Below, piece after piece: positions 38,973 through 49,051 of a stretch of DNA of 64,000 nt (the stretch's first letter is position 1; every line of letters begins with the position of its first letter). Origin of the DNA: Protoeuglena noctilucae (Eukaryota); NCBI GenBank assembly GCA_958009085.1, contig OY253682.1, positions 434,001 to 498,000 on the forward strand. The letters run 5' to 3'. Under the pieces are notes generated by a model, which saw only the letters and a program-made list of their open reading frames with translations, was not told where the DNA came from and did not search any database. Made by a program: the position numbers and the translations under genes.

Positions 38973-39152
38973 GCAGGTGCGCGATGATGCCAGCTGCCTT
39001 TTCTGGCGCTGCGGTTCAGGCGCGTTGCGCTTGCGTGATTGGCCACGCCTTCTCTATCTCATCTGCTGTTTCTGCGCCCGTCCCGGCGCGTTGTTAGGCA
39101 TTGAATTGAGAACTGCAAAGGGCAGCGGACAGACGAGCTCACTCTGGGCGCG

Positions 39153-42100
39153 ATGGCCGGCCAGGCGAAGCGCCTTGGCTTCCGACTTCCCCTCAAGGAG
39201 CTCCCGTCGGCCATCAACAGCCAGCGGGCCCCGCATGGCATCGCTGCAAGGGCTCCCGTGGCACCAGCGAGCGGCCGGGACGACGCGACGCAAGCAGCAG
39301 CGGGGCCCTCGAGAAGCGAGCGGACCGTTTTCAGGGTTATCTACACAAAGCGCAACCCTCAGAAGAAGGCGCGCCGCGGATGAGGGAGAGCCGCTTGAGT
39401 TGCAACTGCGAGACGCTGAGCCATGCCGTGACGCCGCTGCGCTCCTGATGCCCGCAGCGCAAGAACAAGCAGTACCAGGATGGCATCCTGGAGGTTGTGG
39501 AGTCTGATGATGGATCGAAAATCTGCACGCTCTTCGACCAGGAGGGCCGTGCTGTAATGTCCCGGGCCAGGCTGCCCAAGGCTGCAGCTGCCATCGGCGA
39601 TGGCACGGAGCTCGAGCTCGGAGCGTGGGAGCTCGAGGTCGACTGCGCGCTGCCGCTCGACGAGCTCACCTCGGGACGCTGCTTCATCAAGGGCGCGGAG
39701 CCGCCCGCGCCGCCCTCTGCAGGGCTCTCTGCCCGTGCCCAGCGGCAGGGGGCCTTCGTCCCACCAAGCGTCTCCGGGTCCCTTGGACCTGGTCGGCCCT
39801 TGGCACGCGGAGCCCTCCAGGGTAGGGGCAGCGCTGTGGCTGCGGCCCCGCACACCCAGCCGCGTCCGGACAGCATTTGGCTGAACAAGGCATGCCCGGA
39901 CCAGCACCCGGTGGTCGTGGACCCCCACGTAGGCAGGCGCTTGAGGCCCCACCAGGTCGAGGGCGTGCAGTTCCTGTACGACAGCGTGATGGGCGCCAAG
40001 GACCCGAGCCTCAGAGGAGCACTGCTGGCTGATGAGGCGAGGAGCTTTGTTTTGGAAGAAGACGCTTGCTCGTGCACGCGATTAGCTTGACCCCACGAGG
40101 TCTCAGTCCGCTCCGCTCGCAGATGGGCCTGGGAAAGACCCTCCAAGTCATTGCGCTGACGTGGACGCTGCTGCGCCAGGGACCGTCGGGAAGGCCCAGC
40201 ATCGGGAAGGTCCTCGTGGTGTGCCCGTCCAGTCTGACGGAGAACTGGGCCGACGAGTACCGCAAGTGGCTGGGGGACGAGCGCCTCAAGGCACGGGCCT
40301 GCTGCAAGCGTACCATCTGACCGCGCCATGCACGTGTCTGATCGTGTCGTCAAGGCACCGTGGTGGGGCCTCGCTGCACCCCCACTGCGCATCGGCCGAC
40401 ATCCCCGCAGACGGTGGTGCTGACGGGGGGCGCCGAGGCCGCGCAGAAGGTGCAGATGTTCCTCGCCTCGCCGCAATACCCCGTCTGCATCTGCTCCTAT
40501 GAGGCCGTCCGCAAGCATGCCCCCGCCATGGCCGGCAAGTGCCACCTCCTGATCTGCGACGAGGGCCACCGTCTCAAGAGCGCCTCGGGAAAAAAGACCA
40601 TCAGGCACGGCAGCAGCTTGCCTGGCTGTCATTCTATTACCGCAGCCAGTCTCAGGAATGCCCGTTTGATTTCTGCTGCCAACCCCCTGCCCGCAGCGCC
40701 CTGCAGAGCCTCCAAGCCCCTCGTCGTGTCCTCTTGACGGGCACCCCAGGTACAACACCGTGTCTAATGCGCACCTACATTCCTGCCACCGCGGCATGTC
40801 TCATGTCCACACCCTGCCTGTATCCCCCACGTGCGTGCAGTGCAGAACAACCTTGCGGAACTCTACGCCATGGTCGACTTCGTCCTGCCCGGCCTCCTGG
40901 GCATCCCTGCTGCCTTCGGCCGGGTGTTCGGGCAGCCCATCGCGCGCGCACGGGACCGGGAGGCCACGCAGGAAGAGCGCGACTTGGGCCAGGAGCGGGA
41001 GGCTGAGCTCAACAGCCGCCTGCAGGCCTTCATCCTGCGGTGAGCACACGGAGAGTGAACGACGTCACAGCACGGAGTGGGCGGCCACGGCAACGCTCGA
41101 CCCGTGCCACCATTGCAGGCGCAAGCAGTCGATGATATCCAAGTACCTGCCCCCGCTCCAAACGTTCGTGGTGTTCATCCGGCCCACCCCGCTGCAAGTG
41201 TCGCTCTACAAGAACGTGCTGCGGTCTTCCAAGCTGGTGGACGCCCTGCAGGGCCGTTCGGGGACATGCGACGCAGGTACGCCATTAAAGCTATATGTCT
41301 GTTGTCGCCGCAGCGCGATGTGCTGCTGCTCATAGCGAGCTCTGTCGTTGCAGCGGAGGCGCTGACGCTGCTCAACGCGCTCCGGAAACTCTGCAATCAT
41401 CCTGCCCTGCTGGGCCAGGCCAGCGACAGAGACGGCGGCGCTGGGACGTCGGTGGCCGGCGCAGACCTGGACGGCGGCGCCAAGTTCCACGCTCTCCGGA
41501 TCATCCTCGAGGCAGTCAAGTGAGATGAGGTCTCGTGACCCCAGGCTGAGGCCACTCATAGCGGGGCGACGAACATCGGCGTTGACTGCAGGTCTTCGCA
41601 GGACGAAACGGACAAGATTGTCGTGTGTTCCAACAGCACGGCCGTGCTGGACATGGTCGAGACCCTGTGCGGCACGTGTGGCCTGACCACCTGCCGCATC
41701 GACGGCAAGACGGCCGTGGCAGGCAGGCAGGAGACGGTCAGGTGAGGGCGTGCTAGTGCTGTGTCGTCTTGGCATGCAGCGCGTCGCGTGAAGCACAAAA
41801 TCATGCCATCTGACTCAGCACCGTGTCCTCAGGTCCTTCAACCGCGTCAACGTCTCTCGGGTCTGCCTGCTGAGCACCCAAGCGGGAGGCGTGGGTCTGA
41901 ACCTGGTGGGCGCCAACCGCCTCGTTCTCTTCGACTCGCATTGGAACCCCGCCATCGACCTCCAGGTGTGACTCGCGGCGTGCACTTACCAAGTGCCTTG
42001 CCGGCAACTGCACATTGCCGGTGGCGGACTAACCCAAAGCTGCCGCGGTCGCAGGCCATGGCGCGCGTGTGGCGCGCTGGCCAGACCAAGCCCTGCGTGG

Positions 42101-42771
42101 TGTACCGCTTCCTGCTGACAGGGTGCCTGGACGAGCGCATCTACATGCGTCAGCTCCGGAAGGGCGAGCTGGCCACGGTGGCCGAGGGCAGGGCCGGCGC
42201 CAAGGCCGGTGCCGCCCGCTCCGGCACCGGGTCGCAGAGGCGGCAGTTCACAGAGGACGAGCTGCGGGAGCTGTTCGTGCTGGAGACGCAGACGGCATGT
42301 GCCACGCGGGACGTTCTGGCCCAGGCGGCGGAGGGGACGCAGCTGGGGCATGTGAGGGTCGCTTTGGTGGCTGGAGCAGGAGATTTGAGTAAGTGCATTG
42401 TGAGAGTAGCGACTCCACTCGTGTGACCCCATGACAGCGTCGCCTGCAGGACTGGGAAGACGTGACGGCGAGCGTGACGGACGGGCCGCTGTCTGCAGTC
42501 ATCCAGGCGGGGCTGACGACGTTCGTCCGGTGCGACCGCTGCGCTGATGAACAACTTGGCACCGCCCCTGTTGGGTGAAGCCTGACCGACTCCCACTTGC
42601 TGCCTCTGCAGGGAAGTGGCACATGAGTCGAGTGGCATGGAAGCCACGAGCGACGAGGCGGAGGCAACTGACGCAGCAGATGTGGATTCGGAGCCAGATG
42701 GGGCCGAGGGCGCGGAGCCAGCGCCCATGGGAGACGAGGTGGACGAGCTGGCGATCGACGACGTCGAGTGA
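39153..42771 (+). CDS. RAD54B: RAD54B/Rdh54-like SNF2 DNA translocase
   Basis: N-terminal [21 protein letters not shown] (DUF2439-like), [103 protein letters not shown]. Confidence 0.9.
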
Positions 42772-43120
42772 CGGCGGCTGGCTGTATTAAGTGGTGGCTG
42801 AGCACAGAGAGGCATTTGCAAACTCAGATGCGAGCGGACATGCTTAGCAGCGGACATGCTTTGCTAGGCAGCACAGCACTTGAACTGATATCAATGCATG
42901 CGGGTGATGTCACTTGCACCAAAAGCGGGGCGCCAGGCGTCTGCACGATCCAGTGGCAGATCCATCGGAGCTGCCCAAATCTCACAAGTCCCCAAACTTG
43001 AAACTGGCGCCAGTTCGGGCGTTTGCTGGGCAGATTGGGCACGGGGCCGGGACCCGAACGGCAGCTAACCAATTGCCCTTGGTTAACCCTTTGCCCTGCC
43101 CCTCACCGCCGCCGCCCAGG

Positions 43121-46100
43121 CCCAGGCGCGTGCAGCTTGGCCCACCCTCGCCACGGTCACTACCTCGCCCCACGCCGATGTCGTCCTCTCCCTCACCTCC
43201 CTCGGTCCCAACTCCGCCTCTATCGCGGTCTCCGTACCCCCGGGCTTCTTCGGGCAAATCGCGGTCGCGCCCGCCCCCTCCCTCGCCGCCCTGGTTCCGG
43301 GACCCGGCACTGCCCACGTGGGCGGCACCCTCACCCTCTCCACCGACGCCTCCGCTCCTGCCCCGGCGCTCTCCGCGGCTGGGCCCCGCATCCTCACCTG
43401 CGGAGGCACCGCGCAGACCACCCTCAGCTTCGGCAAACCCATTGTCGGGGGTGTGTCTGCCGTGCAGGCCGCCCTGGTCGTGCAGGGCCCGGGCGCAGGG
43501 ACCGACGCGGCCTTCGACGACGCGCGGGGGTCGTTCACGGTTACAGTCACGGCCAATACACCAGAGGAGGTGGTGTATGTGTCAGTGGCATCGGCCAGAG
43601 TGGAGGACGCGTACGGCAACGCATGCCTGGCGACGCCCCAGCCGCTGTCCTTCATGTGCACGGCAGCCACGGTCAGCGGGCAGACCCTCGGCAACGCGGC
43701 CGTCGCCGCTGCCGCCGCCGCCCCCTCGGTCGCGGCTGCGTTGTCGGTCGCGGTCACGGTCGTCGCGGTGCAGGCCGCCGTGGGGGGCGCGGGGGGAGGC
43801 GGGGCCGTGACGGCTGCATTGGCAGTGTCTGCGGCGCGCATCGCAGCCGTGGCAGAGTGAGTGGCGGGTCGTGGCAAGTTGCTGCTGTAATGGTCATGTG
43901 CAGCATGAGTGGGCGCTAGCGGCGATGGTGGGACAAGCCCTTTCTAACCCCCGCCCTTGCAGAGCCATGCAGTCGGTGGGGGGCTGCAACGCGCTTCTCC
44001 CTTCCCTCGTGAGCGCGAGCGTGTCTTACTTCACCGGTGCCGTGGGCACCGCCTTCAACATGGTCTGGCCGGCACCCACGGACGCTCTCGGCAAGCGCCG
44101 CGATGGCAGACACCACCGCCACCAGCAGGCGAGCCCCACCTTGGCCTCGTAAGGCTGTCATTCCCCCACTCCCCGCTTCCTCACCCACACCTCACCGTGG
44201 CTCCCTCGCAGGCAGGAGGCTCCTTGCCACCGGCGGCTCCTCCTCCGCCCTCACCTCCGTGCAGCTGGCAGCTTTGCGCCAGGCGTCCCGGCAGGTCTTT
44301 TGAATCGTCGCCCTCGGCGCTGGCCTCACCGTTGCTCACCTCGTCGCCTTCCTCGCCCTGGGCTTCGACGCCCCGGGTCAGCGCTTCGAGCGCGCCCTGG
44401 GTGCCGTGGCGGGCGCCAGCCACCGCGTCACGCGCGCCGCCTCCCAGCTCAGATACTACCTGCCTCTCGTCTCTGAGAGGTCGATGCCCGTGGCTGCCGC
44501 GCCTGCCGACCCAGAGGCAAGCACCCCGGGGCCAGGCGGCGCCGCTCGCCTGTCCCTCTCAGGCCTCCCAACCCCAGGGCCGGGTGGCGGCGCATCCCTG
44601 TCTTTTTCAAGCACAACGATCCTAAAGTACGCGTCCCCTGCCGCCCTGCATGCGCCCTCCCCCATCGCCCTCTCCTCTCCCTCCGTGCGGATGCGCCCCT
44701 TGGCAGCGCCACGCAAGGGCATGCGCCGTGTGGCACCCCCCCTGCTGTCGTGGCCCAAGCCAGAGCTCTTCCTCGCATCTCTGGTCCTCCCCGTCACCTG
44801 CCAGGCCGCGGGCACGCTCCTCAACCTCCAGGCCTGGCAGGCGGTGCCGGTGGCGGCGTTGGTCCTCCTGGCCCTCACCCTCCCGGTGTTCTTCCTCGGA
44901 CTCGCCCTCGTCACCGCCCTGCAGGTGCGACGGGAGCAAGGAGTGTGCATGCATGCCCGGCTGCGATCCCATGCCTGCCGACCCATGGGCTCTCGCCCCT
45001 CCCCTGCAGCTCGTCGCGTACCCCCAGGAGCGCATTCTGGTCTACGAAGTGACCCCCGAAGAGGCCAGGGAGGCGCGATGGCCCGTGCCCGTGCTGTCGG
45101 GGTTCGGCTTCTTCCGACGCAAGCTGCAGGGAGAGTGGCGCGGCGCGACCCCCCTCGGCCGCTTCCTGGCAGAGTCATGCAGCGTCATCTTCAAGGGACT
45201 CGCGGGGCCAGCCGTGGTGCGCGGCGGGGCCACCTTTGACGTCGATGCCACGGGGCCCGCGCCCATGGACCGGGGAGTGCTGGTGCCGGTGCCAGCGCCT
45301 GTGCGGAGGAGGGCAAGAGACGAGGCAGGGAAGGGAAAGCAGGAAGGAAGGGACGGTGCCTTGCGAGCGGCCGACGCGCGGCGGTGGCAGGCGCTGCAGC
45401 ACGGCGGCCTGCTGACGGCCGTGTACAGGTCCGGGTACAGCCTGGTGGCGCTGGGGCTGATGGGGGCGGCGGCGGCGAGCGGCCAGTCGCAGGTGCCCCT
45501 GGTCCCCACGCTCGCCATCACGGGCATGTCCGCGCTGGGCCTGGCGCTGGACGTGGCCTTCTCCCCCCTCAAGGGCGCTGTCGACCAGCTGATGGACGCG
45601 CTGGGCGCTGTGGCGGAGCTTACGCTCTACACGAGCATCCTGGCGGCGCAGGTGCACGAGGTCAGGAACAGGGGCACCGACAGGGAGAGGCTGCTGTTCG
45701 CCAAGGCCATCTCCCGCTACATCCTGGCGGCGGCCGTCTTTCTCGTCGTCGTGCAGGTGACGATGGGCATGCGTGGCCCGGCGAGCCTCGCCTGTTGCTG
45801 ACTTCTCTCGCGTCCCTCACCGCCCCGCACCCTCGCATGCCCCCAGGTCGTGGGCCAGGTGTACCAGGTGGCCAGCCTCACCGTGCCCCTCTTCCGTGCC
45901 GCCATGCGTTCCCTCCGCCGCATCCATTGCGCCCGCCGCGTCCTGGTCCGCCGTATCATCCGCGAGCCCCACGTGCTGGCCGCCAAGTACGCCAACCGGT
46001 GGGCCAACCGAGTCCTGAGGCGGCCCATACGGGGGTGGCCGTGGCTCGTCAGCGAGGAGGAGATGCAGAGGGCCGCAGAAGCGAGGACGCCCGGCAAGGT

Positions 46101-48333
46101 AGCGGCCACGTTCGTCCAGGACCTGGAGCGGGCCATCGCGTGGTCGGGGTTGGAGAGCGAGGGGCGAGTGCTGAGGGCCCTGCGCGTGCGGGGGAGTGCC
46201 CCGGCCTGGGCGCGGGTGGGCGAGTCCGTGGGGCTGACGGAGGAGGCGCGGCAGGATGCGCTGAGGGAGGGGCAGAGGATCCACCAGCTGCGGCTGGTGC
46301 GGGGCCGGGCCCTGCGGAGGGCCGCCAGGCCCGCTGCCCTGGTGGCCGAGGAGGGCGACGTGGAAGCGTGCCGTGTCGAGGGTGTCGAAGCGGACCTCGG
46401 CGAGGAAGATTCCAAGGGCACTCGGGAACGGGACGAGGGAGCGGAGGGAGACGGGAGCGGGACGGTGGCGCGGGGCCAGCGGGGGAGCAGCGCCATGCTC
46501 CTGCTGCCCAGGGCGGTCGACACGCCGGCCTTCCGGCGCGCTCGACCGGGGCCCCTGCCGGGCATGCTGCAGCGGGCGCGGGCGGCAGTCGCGGGGGTGG
46601 GGGCGATGGCAGCGTGGGGGTGGGGCCGGCAGCGGGGGAGTGGGGGGAGTGCATTGAGCGCAGGGGTTTTCAGCAGCGCGCTGCCCGCGGCGGGGGAAGT
46701 GGAGAGCGGGCACAGAGACAGGGCGGGTACCGGGAACTGGACAGGGAGTAGGACGGACCGCGGCGAGGGTGGCGACGAGGTGGCGGGGTGTCCGGGGAGC
46801 GCGGTGGAGGGGGCATGCGGGGCATGCGGCTGATGGTCAAGAAGCCAAGCTTGGGTCGTGGCGACTGGTCTCGCCCCGGCGTCTCCCCCAGCACTATCTC
46901 GGGCCCCAAGCCTGCCTCCCCAGCCGCGCCTCGGGTCAGGGACCCTGGGCAGCCGGGCTCGGGGGTCAACGACTCGCCGGACTCCGCTGCCCGTGGCACC
47001 GGGTTTGCGTTGCCGAGCCGGGGCCGGGAGGGTGGGACCGGGGACGAGCGTGGCGTGGTGGCGCAGCGTCCCAGTCGTGGCAACAGCGGCATGCGGCTGC
47101 TGATCAAGAAGACAAGTCTGGGCCGGGGGGAGCGGGCCCAGCCCGGCGTCTCCTTCAGCCCGACCGCGAGCCCCATGACTGCCTCTTCTTCAGCCGTCGC
47201 CCGGGGAGGGCCAGGCACCGGCAACCTAACGGACTCCGCTGCCCGTGGCACCGGGTTTGCGTTGCCGAGCCGGGGCCGGGAGGGTGGGGCTGGGGACGAT
47301 CCTGGTGTGGTGGCGCAGTGTCCGGTCCGCGGCAACAGCGGCATGCGGCTGCTGGTAAAAAAGCTCAGCCTGGGCCGCGGGGAGTGGACGCAGCCACGTT
47401 CCTCGCGCCAGGCGCAGCCGGTCCAGGGAGCGGGGGTGGGCACAGCGTCGGCTGCAGTGGCAGGGGAGGTAGGGGGTGGGGATGGATCGGCAAGGGAGGG
47501 CGGCGCCGTGGTCATGCGGCCCAGCCACGGCATCAGCGGCGTGTGGCTGCTCTCCCAGCCCCCCAGGGAGCGCGGTGCGGGCGCGCGCTCGGGGATGCAA
47601 AGGGGCACGCGAGGGCCCCTCAGCCCGCGCGACAACGGGCCCGCCGGGTCCCAGCCGCCGCGAGACGTCCCGCGCACGGGGCTGCTGCCGACGCTTAGCC
47701 TGTCTCGGTAGTGATGATGGCGTGATTCCTATATACCACGAGGTGGTTTTCCGCAGCTGTTTGGATTGCTCAGACGTGATTGCTTGCTTGCCACCATCTG
47801 TTTGCTTTGTCTTGCTGCTACCTCCTTCATGGTCAGAATGCCCCTACTACCGTGTATATACTTTCCTTAACGCTGCCATTTGTGCCTTGTGACGAGCTGG
47901 TGATTGCTTGCATTGCGTCGGTTCCTCTTCTCCATGTTTCCTTTCTTTTGAAACGCACCCCACCAGCACGAGCCGGTCCAACTTCATACAGGAGCCATCA
48001 AGCATGCTTCAGGTGGGAGAGCAACGAGCACCATCGCCTTGCACAATTGCCTTGCCACTGTGGCGCCCCCACGGCCCCGCGGTGCTGGGGCGGAATGTGC
48101 CGCACTTCGAATTCTCCTCCTCGGCCGCCTGGCGTGTGCGTGCGCTGGTGCGCGAGTGGGTGGCCAGCGTGGCGCGCGTGCCAGTCCTCAGTGTCGACCT
48201 GTTGAATGACCCGGACGGCGCGAGGCCGCGGGTTTGCGCGCCTGGGGGGTGCCGGCAGGGGCCAGGGGCGAGTGCGCACGCGTGGTGGACTACCTCCGCC
48301 GCACGGCGGGGGACCCGGAGCGCCCCTAAATAA
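43121..48333 (+). CDS. Putative cell-surface multi-pass membrane protein (Ig-like ectodomain, several TM helices, long repetitive cytoplasmic tail); 5' end unresolved
   Basis: Beta-rich segment (TTLSFGKPI..SFTVTVTA..VSVASARVEDAYGNA) followed by hydrophobic helices. Tail has LAAKYANRWANRVL. Frame break near 46785. Last exon 47967-48333 joins in phase. Confidence 0.6.
46824..47390 (+). repeat. Coding direct repeat, ~252-267 nt period, about 2.3 copies
   Basis: GACTCCGCTGCCCGTGGCACCGGGTTTGCGTTGCCGAGCCGGGGCCGGGAGGGTGGG at ~46980 and ~47232. MRLxxKKxSLGRG starts at 46824, 47091 and 47343. Confidence 0.9.
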
Positions 48334-48423
48334 ATACGTTTACCACCAGTCATGATCCAGGTGGGATGATTGGCAGCAAATGTGCTTGGCAGCACTGTTC
48401 GTGTGGGCTGACGTGCACCGATG

Positions 48424-48858
48424 TCAGCCGCAGCAGGAGCGGGGGCCCGAGGGCGTCTGCACGATGCAGTGGCAGTCTGCGGGTAGCGCAAGAATGCAAA
48501 AAAGGTTTCACACATTATAAACAAACTCGTAGTACGGCATTTGGACACGCATCCTCTCTCACGGACTGCGCCTCGGCTGATGGGGCCCGGTGAAGCTGGG
48601 GGGGTCCAGGAAAGGTAGCGGGATCCTGTCCAGGGCATGTATCGCAGCTGTCTGGGCGCGGAGACGGGCATGACGGCCGAGGGTATGTCTGCGGCGGGGA
48701 GCGCAGCAATTAGAAAGCAGCAGCACCGCAAAAACTTCCCTCGCGCCCGGCCTTGGACGCGCCCGGCCTTGGAAGCGCTCGCCTGCCGCGGTGTTCGCCG
48801 AAACAAGCCACAAGAGGACCGTGAACAGGCTGAAGAGGGCGGAGGCGGGGAAATCCAT
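48424..48858 (-). CDS. Small secreted Cys-rich peptide precursor, 84 aa, 3 exons (not visible as a single ORF)
   Basis: Exons 48858-48783, 48688-48563 and 48476-48424. Introns GCGAGC..CTAAT..CGCAG and GTGAGA..CGCAG. Product: MDFPASALFSLFTVLLWLVSANTAADIPSAVMPVSAPRQLRYMPWTGSRYLSWTPPASPGPISRGAVHCHCIVQTPSGPRSCCG*. Confidence 0.65.
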
Positions 48859-49051
48859 CGTAACTGCCCTCGTTCCCTGAGCAGACGTGGCTTTCTGAAT
48901 TGATGCGGGCCGGCGGATTTTCAATATGTAGCGTCGGCTTGAACTCGTCATAGGCATCTTTTTGGCAGGAGCAGGCTTCAAAAATCAGACGCCAGAGCCA
49001 TGCACTGCAACCCCAAGCTCCCGGCTTCTACCCCCGTTCACAGCGAGCCGG

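Noticed and set aside
46824..47390. Direct repeats as CRISPR array or LTRs
   Set aside because: The repeats are in-frame and coding, with no spacer structure, cas genes, TG..CA ends or retroelement domains.
1..48858. Lanthipeptide system made of the LanC-like gene and the Ser/Thr/Cys-containing peptide
   Set aside because: The genes are 47 kb apart and no dehydratase or kinase-lyase is present. The peptide looks secretory, while eukaryotic LanCL proteins are stand-alone cytosolic enzymes.
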